A DNA stretch of 64,000 nucleotides, taken from assembly GCA_024704765.1 (NCBI GenBank), contig JAKMXF010000308.1, positions 62,001-126,000 on the forward strand. Reading direction: 5' to 3'. The position numbers and the translations under genes are program-made. Numbering within the stretch: the first letter of the stretch is position 1; every line of letters begins with the position of its first letter. The notes beneath the pieces are model-generated. The model searched no databases. It had not been told where the DNA came from and saw only the letters and a list, made by a program, of their open reading frames with translations. This DNA comes from Oopsacas minuta (taxonomy: Eukaryota > Animalia > Porifera). Of this stretch, positions 44,996 to 56,820 are shown piece after piece.

Positions 44996-45706
44996 AAGCC
45001 CGAAGAATTGTACAATCCTCAAGCAATAGACATAGATCCTAGAACTCAGTTAATTTATGTAACTGAATTTGGTACACTCACAGGATTGTCGCAAGCTGGC
45101 CCGAACCTTAGACCTATACGGGCTCGGCTCGACTCGGCCGACCTTGAGCTTCTGGCTTCGGGCGTATACTTTAGGGTTCCGAATAAACCGGCCATTAAAT
45201 TTTGAATTAATTTCCTTTCATTCCATATACATATTTAATTAAATCTTCACATTGAAATTTGCATCCAATCACAATTTCTGACAGTACGATGCCGACAATT
45301 CTTTGACCTATCAGATGATAAATTATACTGTATCTCTTCATAGTATCTAACAGTTGGGGTATTGAAAATGGACCTAAAATTAGTATACAAGATTCACTTA
45401 AAAGCAGGCATATGACAAGAACACCAATACCATAAACTAATAGTGCAGAAAGAGCAGATTGTTGTTTAATTAACTCGTCATTTTCTATTCATCTTACACA
45501 CGAAAAGTCTTTAAACGCAAATTCATACCAAAACTCATTCATTCCGATCACCTTAGTCGAATAGGGGTACTTTTATGAAACATAATCATTGGCTATTTCA
45601 CCAGATGGAGAACCGGCCCACACAGCTATTTCCATTCAATATTGGCTAGCGACTAGTGCTCCAGATTTTATAGCCTTCATTTGCTATCACCACTGATAAC
45701 AATCCC

Positions 45707-46574
45707 ATGGTGATAGCTCCACCCAAAGAAGAGAGGAACATCCCTGTAGCATCTGGTGTTGATAGAGGTGGAGTTATAAGTCACCAATTAGATACACCAG
45801 CTGGTATAATTATGGTTAAGAATAACGTAATAGTAACGGATAGATACGGTGATACAGTCACATTCTACAGAGCTGTTGATCTTGCAGCTAAAGTTCGTGT
45901 CATGATCCTCATTCCCCTGATACTCCTGTCTCATTGACATACTTCAAACAGTTCGTATTCGTGTGCTATTCAAGTTTATTAGCGCAATTCAGGTAACATG
46001 GGAAAATAATTTAGAGATCTCTGGCATGAATCGTCAATACACCATCTCAATACCGCAGGCTTGTTGTACCACCTCTAACAGTAAGCATTTGTATGTGGGG
46101 ACTCTTAAGCCCAGTCTCATCCGTATACAGGTAGATCCTCTCCGTATAGAACAAGGATACCTACTCAATCCTATCCTGCATACCAAGATACCTAACAGGT
46201 ATCCATGGCTACAGGACATGAAGGCTGTTAAGGATTGTGTTTTATGTCTCTTCACAGGATCTCCCTCTCCTCTACAAATATTCTCTCTAGAAGGAGAATT
46301 CATAGGATCTATGCTCACAGAGGATCAGATAGTAGGAGCATATAACTTCCACCTGTTCTATAATCTTATCACAGAGGAATTGAGAATATACATATGCGAT
46401 TTCTGGGATAATTCCATCAAAGTGTTTGACCAGTTTGGTAAATTCATAGAAACAGTTTGTGAGACAGGACATGAATTGTGTCAAATATTCCGTCCCTCTT
46501 GCATATTTATAGAAGACACTGGCTATGTTATAGTTGGTGACATGAAGAAGAACAACTGTCTACAGAGGCTCTAA
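45707..46574 (+). pseudogene. NHL-like beta-propeller type C, frameshifted copy
   Basis: Collinear with 52192-53062 (NIPVASGVDRGG, RYPWLQDMKA, YICDFWDNSIKVFD) but split across three frames. Confidence 0.8.
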
Positions 46575-47168
46575 TCTCCTCTCCCATTGTTTATTATTAT
46601 TATTATTTATTGTTGTTTATTTCTCAATTATAGTGATTTGTGTGTTTATACATTTTCTGAGTTATTCAGGGTACTATTTGATACCGTGGGTCAATCAATT
46701 GGATACCTTTCTTCCTCTAATTTGGCTCTGCTGTTCACACCTTTAGAGATTAAGTCATAAAATTTGGTATGTATACTCGTGGTGACATCTAGTTGTGCAC
46801 CTGACATTTGGAAACTTCTAATGTGTATATTTTACCACCTTTTGACACCTGTATTTTAAACCAATCAGATTGTGGGTTTTACAATTCTGCATGAATGCAT
46901 GTAATTAGTTTTGGTGGAATGTTTGTAATTTAATTAGTAATGATGTAGACTGTAATTCTATTGGTCAATACATTCTATTCAATATATATACACTGATTTA
47001 TCATATGATTAATCATATTTTCACACCTTTTGGTAAACAGTTCAAAATAATCCTGAGATTAGCTTCCAATTGTTAAATAGTGGTAAACAGGGACGTTAAA
47101 TTCGATTTTACCATTTTTAGAATGACTAAGAATATTCGTAAATTCAATTTTATCTTTCTTTGCTAGTA

Positions 47169-47540
47169 CACGTTTTTTTATAAGGAACTCCAGGCTGAGA
47201 ATTGGCAAAAAATTAAGGAACTCTTAGGAACTGTCCAGCCTGAGATTATAAAACCATAAATAATATACCTATCATAGTAGCATTTATTAATTTATCAAGA
47301 ATAATTCAACATCATCTATATCTTTCTTTGATTTATAATCAATTGTATTATCTTCAAATACTATTTTAAACTCATCAATCAGTTAATTAAGTAATTGAAT
47401 AAGTAGGTACCTTCTTATTAAGCAATATTTCGAGCCCAAGAAAATAAGGAACCGATAAGGATCTTTGAGGCTGAAATTGGCAAAAAATAAGGAACTTCAA
47501 CCTGAAGTTTGAATTAGGGTTCCTTATAAAAAAAAATGTG
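47169..47540. mobile_element. Tc1/mariner-type MITE
   Basis: TIR CACGTTTTTTTATAAGGAAC / GTTCCTTATAAAAAAAAATGTG with TA on both flanks. Confidence 0.7.
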
Positions 47541-47579
47541 TATTTAGAATAATAACTAAATTTAATTCTGTACAGACAG

Positions 47580-47677
47580 TGTTTTGACAAAATGGTCCGA
47601 GAGGACTATTTTTGTCAAATATCATGGATATTCGACATTTGACAAAAATAGTCCCCCGGACCATTTTTGTCAAAACA
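47580..47677. repeat. Short palindromic element with arms of about 41 bp
   Basis: TGTTTTGACAAAATGGTCCGAGAGGACTATTTTTGTCAAAT / ATTTGACAAAAATAGTCCCCCGGACCATTTTTGTCAAAACA. Confidence 0.75.
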
Positions 47678-48517
47678 ACGTTCATACTTAACTCAATCTC
47701 TTAATCTAGTGTATCAATTAGTAATGTATCATATATCAGCTTATTAAAGTAATATAGTAACATAATATACTTTATTCAATACTTATCACTTAAAAATTAC
47801 GAAAAATATAATTGACCATATATGGTATGAAGGGTGGTATGGCGTCATTCCAGGAAAATTAGAAGCCATATATATAATCTGATAGATTTAATCGGCTAGT
47901 TTGGATCGATAACCCATAAGTAAATAATACATTATGCATAGCTAGCACACACCTAAATACCTAATCCGCCAATTTTGCCTGAGTCACTGTGCGCGCTTAA
48001 TGCTCTACTATTCAAGGAAATACGGTATGTCTTGTTATGGTAATATAAAATATTTATAGGTCTATTAATTTATTACAAATAATTTGCTTAAAATACTATT
48101 TTACTGGCGCTCCCCCACTTTAATTATGAGCACTACATCATTGCAAGTGGCAGTTATACAAAGGTGGCCGTTAAGCAGGTTTGACTCTATATTTAATTTG
48201 TAATGGGACAAAATGTTAGTTAAAATCAAATAGGAGTATAAGAAGCCCATATAGTCTTCAATATCCACACATACAAACTGGCGAAAGATTACAACAACAG
48301 CTATTTAGTCAACTCCCCTTCAATCGAAATTCACAGTTCTAATCGAGGGACCACAATGTTTACTTTGATAAAACCGAAATTCGATATAAGAGGATGTAAT
48401 ATAATTACACGGGGGTGACTAGGGAAAGTGTTACCTATTTCGTTGTACACACCTGAGTTCGTTATAACGTGAGTGGACTGTATTTTGTGATATGCAAGTA
48501 TAATACGTATTTTGTTT

Positions 48518-49792
48518 TCAAAATGCCTGAAGTTTGTTACTATGTTTCCAGTCGACAAGAACTATTCTACCATTTCCATCCACAATTACTCCTCTAGGAG
48601 AGTAGAGTTCTCCAGGAGCTGTTATTCCTTCTCGTCCTATATTATTGATTAGGATTCCGTCTTGTGAGATTATTTTAATGCAGTGAGATTGTTGATCACT
48701 CACGATAAAGTTCCCATAGCCATCAATACAAAAAGTAGCAGCAAATAGGATGGCACCCAAAGACACTAAACAGTGAATGAGTGTACCATTTAATTTGAAG
48801 ATTTGTATAGGACGAATGCAGTATGACGAGCTAAATAAAACAATAATCTGCTCTCTCTGCACGATTAAGTTCATGGTATTGGTGTTCTTGTCATATGATT
48901 CTGCTTTTAAGTGTATGTTATTTAGTAGTTTTAGGTCAAGCTTCAATACCTCAACTGTTAGCGACTTTGAAGAGATACAGAACAATTTATCATCTGTTAG
49001 GTCGAATCTTTTTACTTCTCCTCCTGTATGTATTGTTGAAACAGTTTTACCAGTTTTACTTAGCTTCATAATTGCATTGCTTTCTGTAACAGAGTTGACA
49101 TAGATGTGATCAGCTGATATTTTAATTGCACTACATCTCTCCAGATTTGGATTCACTAGAGAGGAGTAGTATTCTCCATTACAAGAGAATACCTGTATCC
49201 TGTGAGTGTCACCTAATTCAGTTACATAAATTAACTGAGTTCTCGGATCTATGTCTATTGCTTGAGGATTGTACAATTCTTCTGATTGCTCTCCATGGTC
49301 TACATTCGCCCATACTGGCTCATCCCTAAACTTATAAGGAGATTTTGTTTTAATAACTTGCATTGTATCTTTAATTTGTTCCTCTGTTTGCTGTATATCC
49401 CACTTGAGAGAAAGCTTAGGAAAATCTATATGTTCTGACTGTATATTAGCTAATTCTGTATTAATATTTGTGAGTTGTTTGGTTAAGAATTCGTTGAGTG
49501 AATTTGCTTGTAACTGTGTCTCTGTCTCTTCTCTGTTTCGAGTTAATTGTTCTATACTAGCTTTACGCTCAATTATTTTAAGTGAAATATTGTCTGGTAT
49601 TAAATCCAACTCTTCCATCAGTTCTTCCTCTCTGAGCATCAACAAATCATAAATATGTTGAAAGTTTGCGCTTACCTCTTTCTTTACGGTTTCTACATGA
49701 ACACTAAGCTCGGTGAGTGCTTTCTCCAACTCAGGAATAGTCACGACACGATATAGTTGTCTCGTTAAAACTTTAGAGTATTTTTCAGCCAT
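48518..49792 (-). CDS. Coiled-coil + NHL-repeat protein (TRIM-NHL-like, no RING or B-box), type B, intact
   Basis: N-terminal heptad-rich helix followed by NHL repeats LYNPQAIDIDPRTQLIYVTELGDTHRIQVFS and LYSPRGVIVDGNGRIVLVDWKHSNKLQAF. Confidence 0.9.
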   Translation of the reverse strand: MAEKYSKVLTRQLYRVVTIPELEKALTELSVHVETVKKEVSANFQHIYDLLMLREEELMEELDLIPDNISLKIIERKASIEQLTRNREETETQLQANSLNEFLTKQLTNINTELANIQSEHIDFPKLSLKWDIQQTEEQIKDTMQVIKTKSPYKFRDEPVWANVDHGEQSEELYNPQAIDIDPRTQLIYVTELGDTHRIQVFSCNGEYYSSLVNPNLERCSAIKISADHIYVNSVTESNAIMKLSKTGKTVSTIHTGGEVKRFDLTDDKLFCISSKSLTVEVLKLDLKLLNNIHLKAESYDKNTNTMNLIVQREQIIVLFSSSYCIRPIQIFKLNGTLIHCLVSLGAILFAATFCIDGYGNFIVSDQQSHCIKIISQDGILINNIGREGITAPGELYSPRGVIVDGNGRIVLVDWKHSNKLQAF

Positions 49793-51190
49793 GCGTATTG
49801 TTTTTACTACTACTGCATATTAGATTATTTTTGAGCAATTAAATAAGTATATCCGCAAAGGAATATCGCATGTGATGATGAACTTACCCAAACATCAATT
49901 CCTATAGAATAAATTGTTATTTTGTATTCTCATTAATGAGTAGGTATATTCATATATTTCGAAGTACCGGGCGGTACAAAAACGTGAAAAATCCAAAATA
50001 CAAGAATTAGAGCAAAATAATTAGCTAATTCAATAAAATGACATATTTGGCCAGTGAGAAATTAATATGTTCTCTCAAATAACCATGAGTTTGACCATAT
50101 CAGAAGGTGATGAGTTGCAAAATTAAATTATTTTCATATGTGGGCCATTGAAACCTTGGAGATGGGGTTAACCAATGTGTTACAGGCCATCCTTCTTGTA
50201 TTATGACATATTTAGTCAGGCGAATTTTAAATATATACAATACATAAGTTTATTCGTAACAAATTTGTAATGCTAATTAACCTTTCCGAATTATCCTCTT
50301 CTAATTATCTGAAGCTCGAAAGGGATAAGAACTATCCAAGAGATAGTTTCATAATTCTATATACTTTTTCTGAATTCATCAATAACAGGTACGTATTATT
50401 CGTTTTGCGGTCACCTATATTTATAAATATACGTACATTAAGAGCCTAAATTCACTCGGACCAAATTTGTCAAGTTGTCGGAATTGTGACAAATATCGTC
50501 CGGCAGGACCATATTTGTAGACTTGTTTCCTCCTTATAAAGATTAAATAAATAAATAAAATTCTATACTTGACCAAACTATGCAGTGACTACTGAGTTGA
50601 TATATTATATAATTATCCTTAGCTTAGCGATCACATCTTAGCATCAATAGTTTCATATTTCACTTCTCTCAGCATAATCAAATGAACTTATTCTAGCTTT
50701 TCCTCGAGTATACGATATTTTAAACGTGATATATAATTTGTATAACTTGAAAAATACACTTAAACTAACTACCAATAATGCCTGATTAACATCATAATTT
50801 GATACTCTTCAACCCTTCTTGGATCACCCTTAACAACAACTCCATTCAATCGATAAATGGGACTAGAGCTAAGAATAATGCTGTTGTTTCCAATGCTAAC
50901 AAAAAGTAGATAACATTTGAATGTTCGGTTTACTATAAACAACCGTATTTCGATAAGTATGCCTTCCTTAGAAATGTGATATTTGGTATTTTGCAGTCTT
51001 ATTAAAAACAATTATGTAATACTGTCTCAAATTTTGTCAAATAACATACATTCTGAAACACGTTACTTCATATAGAAAGCTATACTTAACCAAATTGTAA
51101 TGCTAAATATATCGTAGAGATATTTTTCTATAAAAGCAAATACAACTTTTCTATTAACAAATCTAAACGGTCTTAAAGGAAATTTTCAAA

Positions 51191-52198
51191 ATGGCAACAA
51201 ACCTGAGCCCCTTAAATTCTACTTCATTACCTGCTGATGAGCGATTAGAAGCAGATATTGCAATGATACTTAACTTGCTCAGTAAAATGGAAAGTCTTAT
51301 AGCTCCCAATAATATAATAGTAGGAACTAGAATTCTAGCAATGGTATCACCACTATACAAAGAGTCTGATTGAATAATATCCAATGAAACACTTCCCGTC
51401 CCTCTCAAGATTCCTTCAAACAGCGATACGACCGGCATATACACAAAATAATCCTATTAGTTATCAATGACTGCCTACCAATTGAATTCGAAGACAGCCT
51501 CTTCTACATAGAGAGGACACTGGCAGGACCTTCCCTATACTCTCTAAACGGTCTCATCATGTAGAAGGAGACAGCAGAACAAAAGATTAAGAGAATTCAG
51601 AAACGACTCGATCCTAATCTCCCAACACCAATCGAAAGTGTGATCGTAAAGAGATACGAATGCCTCAGACTGAAACTCAAGGCTGAGATCTCAAAGATGA
51701 GGACTTATCCAATTCCAGAACCTTGGTCTTCAGATATAATGAAGAAGGCAGTGACACACTTAATTGAGGGAGAATTTATTTTCTATGTAGATCCTGAAAT
51801 AGAAGAAGACATGAAACCTGTCAATCCATCCAAGAGAGACCTGCTTCCAAGGGGGTATTACACGTCAAGAGTATGACATGAGGCTAGGCAGACTCAATAT
51901 GGAGTATTCGATAGCTAAAGATGAATTGGTACCCAGGAATGTAGATGATATAGAAGAGAAATGCAAAGAGATGGAGGATTGGTATGCACTAGTTGAGGAC
52001 AGTGTGACTACTACATTCGAAGAACTATCTTTCCTGTATAGAGACGCTAGATCACTAAAATATCTCGCCAGAAAGAATAAGGAAGATAAAGATTTGAAGG
52101 AAATATATGAAATAGTTCTCAGATATATCCGTCACTATTACAACAACAGGAAAATATTCCTGCATTTGCCATCTCCACTGGTAACTACCCAATGGTAG
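51191..52198 (+). pseudogene. Disrupted helical-protein ORF of unknown family directly upstream of the NHL type C gene
   Basis: Consecutive protein-like frames (51191, about 51420-51876, 51878-52198) separated by single stops and frameshifts. Confidence 0.45.
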
Positions 52199-53062
52199 TA
52201 GCTCCACCCAAATCAGAGAGGAACATACCCATAGCATCTGGCGTTGATAGAGGTGGAGTTATGAGTCTTCAATTAGACAACCCAGCCTCTGTAATTGTAA
52301 TTATGGATAACGTGATAGTAGCAGATAGATATGGTGATGCAGTTTCACTCTACAGAGCTCGTGATCTTCAAGCTACAGGATCTAACCATTATTCCCATTT
52401 AACCTATACGCCTGTCTCATTGACATACTTCCAACCATCTGTATTCGTGTGCTATCGAAGTGTTTTGGCACAGTATAGCTTGAAAAGTGAAGATGGTATA
52501 GAGATATCTCGGATGGATCGTAAACAGACCATCTCAATAACACAGATTTGTTGCACAACCTCTAACTATGAGCATCTGTATATGGGGACCCTCAAGCCCA
52601 GCCTCATTCGTATGCATGTAGATCCTCTCAGCGTAGAGCAAGAATACAAATTCTATCCCATCCTGTATACCAATAATAGGAACAGGTATCCATGGCTACA
52701 TGACATGAAGGCTGGTGAAAATTGTGTATTCTGTCTTTTTACAGGATCTCCCTCTCCTCCCCAACTGTTCTCTCTTGAAGGAGAACTCATGAGTTCCATA
52801 CTCACAGAGGATCAGATAGTAGGAGCATACCACTTCAACCTATTCGGTAATCCTATCACAGATGAATTGAGAATCTACATATGCGATTTCTGGGACAATT
52901 CCATCAAGGTATTCGACTTGGGAGGGAAATTCATTGAAACTATTTGCGAGACAGGACATGCACTGTGTCAAATATTCCGCGCCCACTTGCATATTTATAG
53001 AACAATCTGGCTTTATTACAGTTGGTGACATGAAGGTGGATAACTGTCTACAAATGCTCTAA
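52192..53062 (+). CDS. NHL-like beta-propeller type C, with a single +1 frameshift near the C-terminus
   Basis: 278-aa ORF. At about 52980 the frame shifts; the alternate frame TCIFIEQSGFITVGDMKVDNCLQML* (stop at 53062) matches the end of the 45963 paralog. Confidence 0.7.
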
Positions 53063-53340
53063 TCTCTTTCTCTCTCTTTCTCTCTTCTGTACATATTTCT
53101 CATTTATTAATGTGTGTAGTGTATTATTATAATATAGTGATGAATGTGTTTATACATTTACTGGGTATTTATTTTACTTACTCCTAAAATTGAAGAAATT
53201 TAGAAGAATTAAATTGTTCATGGAATAGTTTAAGTATGAACGTTACTTCACCTTCAATGTATATCCGTTCACCGTGATAGGAAAGTTGGTCTCATTTCAT
53301 GAATATTTACTCTCTTAATTATCGTTCAAGAGATCTCTAT

Positions 53341-53620
53341 TAGTGTTGCAGCAGTCCGGACCGGACGGACCGAGAAAAGTCCGGTCCAGTCCAAGCCCGT
53401 CCTGATTGCACCGAGCATTGATAATTTTATATCATTTCATTCATGTCATATTCAATGAATTATTCATAATTCGTATCCCATGTATATTATTTGCTGATTC
53501 TATTTCGTTACAATTTTTGATAACAGTATTAGGTTCCAGTCCGATCCGGTCAAATCCTGTCCTGAATTAAATAGATTGATCCGGTTCTGGTCCGAATTTT
53601 GGGAACTAGCTGCAACACTA
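53341..53620. mobile_element. hAT-type MITE
   Basis: TIR TAGTGTTGCAGC / GCTGCAACACTA, perfect 8-bp TSD ATCTCTAT, and CCGGA/GGACC subterminal repeats. Confidence 0.92.
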
Positions 53621-55352
53621 ATCTCTATGTGTGCCCCACATTCAGGTCCTCTAAACACCCCTGCATCATGACCCTCAAGTCTAATCGTCCTGTCTTTTAA
53701 AGTTGCCACAATAACGATATGGATTTTGTTGGATTTTAAAATTGATTTTCACATTCTCAAATGTTCCGCGGCAAGTAGGAATTTGCGCTAAGTTGGAATA
53801 TATCTAAAGATGTCAGGCTGACAGACTGGTAGTGCAGCTCAGACCTATGGGCCATGTTTATTAGAAATGAAGAAAATTATTAGTCTTAAAGAACAAATTT
53901 TTGATACCACTTAATCGAATTTCAATTAATTAAATTGCATTCAATCAAAGTACTATCAATATACGGAATTTATACATTATGGAGAGTTTTATTGTTGAGG
54001 ACTTCCTCATTATAGTGTCAGCTATCCTTAAACAGGGAAAACCATTACAGCATCAGTTATGTAGAGGTCCAAATAAGCAAATTCATACATAACTGCAATA
54101 TAACTGATGCAAGAATAATTAACCTTAAATATTGATTTTTGAATATCAGCAAGAGATAATATTGTGATTTCTAATAATCAATTAGAAATTATATAAATAT
54201 ATTCCAAATAACTAATCACTGACTACGATTATACTAAGACAAAATTATATGTTATAATAAGAATAGCAAACGTATCCCAGCAATATGAAGTTCATTAATG
54301 TGAAACTAAAAGTACGTAACTACGTCAACTGATGAATAAGAAAAATAATAATTAATGAGAAGACAGTATCCGTCCAAGCAAATAATTGCTAAGTCATTAA
54401 ATAAATACGCTTAATTGGAGGATACTGTACAAATTCCACTTATACTTAATAGTTTCAGGGAAGATTCGAGATCACCGGAAACGTTGACTATAGAATACAT
54501 TAAAGTGGTAATAATCTAGGTTTCCATTTATCTTACTTGTACTTGTATTCTACCTTGGATAGCTACTACAACAAACATACAAAAAATATTTATATCAAAC
54601 AACTATTCGTTGATAACCGAATCTATTACAAAACCATCATTATACGCCTTGAAGATGAATTCTTAGTTGTTACGTTCATCAAATTAGTCTATGTGTAGCG
54701 TAGAGAATAGACACAACAATAGAAATTAAGAATAATAACCCAATAAAAGAGAATTTATCATTTTGAACAATAGAAATTGTACAATTTGTAACACACTTGA
54801 CGGATGAAAGAGTGAAAGAAACCGAGAGAGACAAACTACCCGGAAGAAAATACGTTCAACTTGCACGTTTTAAATTATCAAGGTAGCAAAAACAATGTAA
54901 ATAGTATTATGGAGAAACTAGCACCTGCAAGGAGGGAAAAAAATATTTCGACTATACTTATTCATTTTAATATTTTCGAACGAATATTAGAATATTCGGT
55001 ATATTCGTTTCACTAGCACACTAACCAAAACTAAATGGAAGGTAAACCTTTCTGGAACTCATGTATTTGGATAGTGGAAATAGTGTCTTATCTGCGTCTG
55101 GTGCAGTGACAAAGGTATTAAAACTATTATTATATTTTAGGGAATCGAGTGGGTAAATTTGAGCTGAGGTTTGGACTGATGTCCTCTAGTATCCGAAAAG
55201 TTTGTTTGAAATTGTAAGAATCTCCTCAAAATGAGGTATTAATTAACTTATTAATGTATCAAATTAGGCAAATAATTATTGGTTAGCAATAAAACTGGCA
55301 AGCAAAGTATAAATAAGAAATTATTAAGAGCAACAGCTGGAGTATATTGAAA

Positions 55353-55850
55353 CTAGTTAGAAATTATCCCATCAAATATCGTGCTTTCGCTTTCTCCCTG
55401 CCCTAACAAATATTTATACGATTCAATTTCTGATATTAATCTGATTCTTTCCTGTGATAGGGATAATTTCTTTGTTTCAAGTTTCCCCAGGTCGGTAATT
55501 AGAATCGAATCTTCATGTTTTCTACGTCTACGGGAAACACTTGCGGCCCTTCTATTAACACATTTCCTTCGTTCTTCTCTAATATACGCGCGTTCATTGT
55601 CATTAAAACACTCATTATAAATGATTTGGCTAAATTCTGCGAATGAGACATTCTTCACTCTATCACGATCTATAAGCGCGAGAAATTCAGAATATAGCGA
55701 CAGTTCCAGACAATTATCCACAAGGATTGGGTATGCGACTTGAATTTTAACAGAACACATATCGTTGTATATAAAGTTTATATTTGTTTTATGTTTGTTC
55801 AAATGTTTTTGTTTTCTTGAAAATATAAGTAATGGATCGTATATATACAT
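55353..55850 (-). CDS. Maf/CNC-type bZIP transcription factor-like protein (start may be ATG 55760)
   Basis: FNDNERAYIREERRKCVNRRAASVSRRRRK contains the canonical NxxAAxxSR. The zipper ends LISEIESYKY, like the 18659 paralog. Confidence 0.75.
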   Translation of the reverse strand: MYIYDPLLIFSRKQKHLNKHKTNINFIYNDMCSVKIQVAYPILVDNCLELSLYSEFLALIDRDRVKNVSFAEFSQIIYNECFNDNERAYIREERRKCVNRRAASVSRRRRKHEDSILITDLGKLETKKLSLSQERIRLISEIESYKYLLGQGESESTIFDGIISN

Positions 55851-56549
55851 ACTGCCTCAGCAAATTTGTATAATCTCTCGGGTTAATATGAAAATATACA
55901 ATAATTTTGAATAAAAATAACTTATTAATCAAAGTCAGTCTCAGCAGTTTTAGTGTAGAATCCAAAAATTTTCCTTTAAAGGAAATCTACTATTTAGTAT
56001 GTTCTAAACATACACACAAAACTGACATAGGAATAACTAAAAATAAATTCGAGTAATATGTCGCAATAATTGGGGTGACTTGTTTATGAGAACTGTGATT
56101 ACACAAAATATGGTTCTTTCGTCACCTGGACTTTGGCAACTTGGAGCTCTTCGATGGAATTCATTGGTTACCCACAGTTACTTAAATCTTACTACAGGGT
56201 ATGTAGAATTATTTTCTTAGAAATTCAGTATAGAATATCCCTGGATCCTGGTGTCTTTCCGAATTCAATCTTGTGATTGTGTTTATAAATCCAAGGATCC
56301 TACCCATTATCTAGTATATATATCTGAAATTGGGTTATTTTGTCCATTTGATTGCACTGCCAAAACGACGGAATAACCCATGTTACTAAATAATCATATT
56401 TTGATATACAAGACGATTTTTGATAGCTAACTAGCGCGCTTCGCTTGCTTGCGCTGCGCGGGGGACAAACGAACCCGATTTCAACTGTAAAAATAGCCTA
56501 AATATGTAATATTCACCCAACAAGTGTAATTCAATGGAAAATGCTATTT

Positions 56550-56820
56550 AAACAAGATTGGTAGCGAAAACATCGTACATTCCGATATTTATTAAAAACG
56601 ATATCGGGCTTTTCAAAGAAAAATAGAATAAAAATCGAAATTTTCAATTATGATTACCGATATTTCCTGATATTCCAGAAATTTTCTCCAATTTTCGAAA
56701 AGTTTCGATTATATTTTTGATAAAATCAGATATCATCGATATTATCTGATATTTCGATATGTTTTCTATTTTTAGATATATCGGGTCATTTTCCGATACT
56801 ATCGATGTTTGCCAAACCTT
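56550..56820. mobile_element. Degenerate CGATAT-rich MITE
   Basis: Dense CGATAT/ATATCG repeats. The right end CGATGTTTGCCAAACCTTA only weakly mirrors the left end. Confidence 0.35.

Larger units (their letters stand above)
43752..45500 (+). pseudogene. NHL type B (coiled-coil + NHL) pseudogene shattered by insertions
   Basis: Fragments INTELANIQS..KLSLKW, EELYNPQAIDIDPRTQLIYVTE and DLSDDKLYCISS...IHLKA match the intact 48518-49792 protein. Confidence 0.85.

Noticed and set aside
50769-51011. 80-aa minus-strand ORF
   Set aside because: No motif or paralog in the window; cannot be distinguished from chance.
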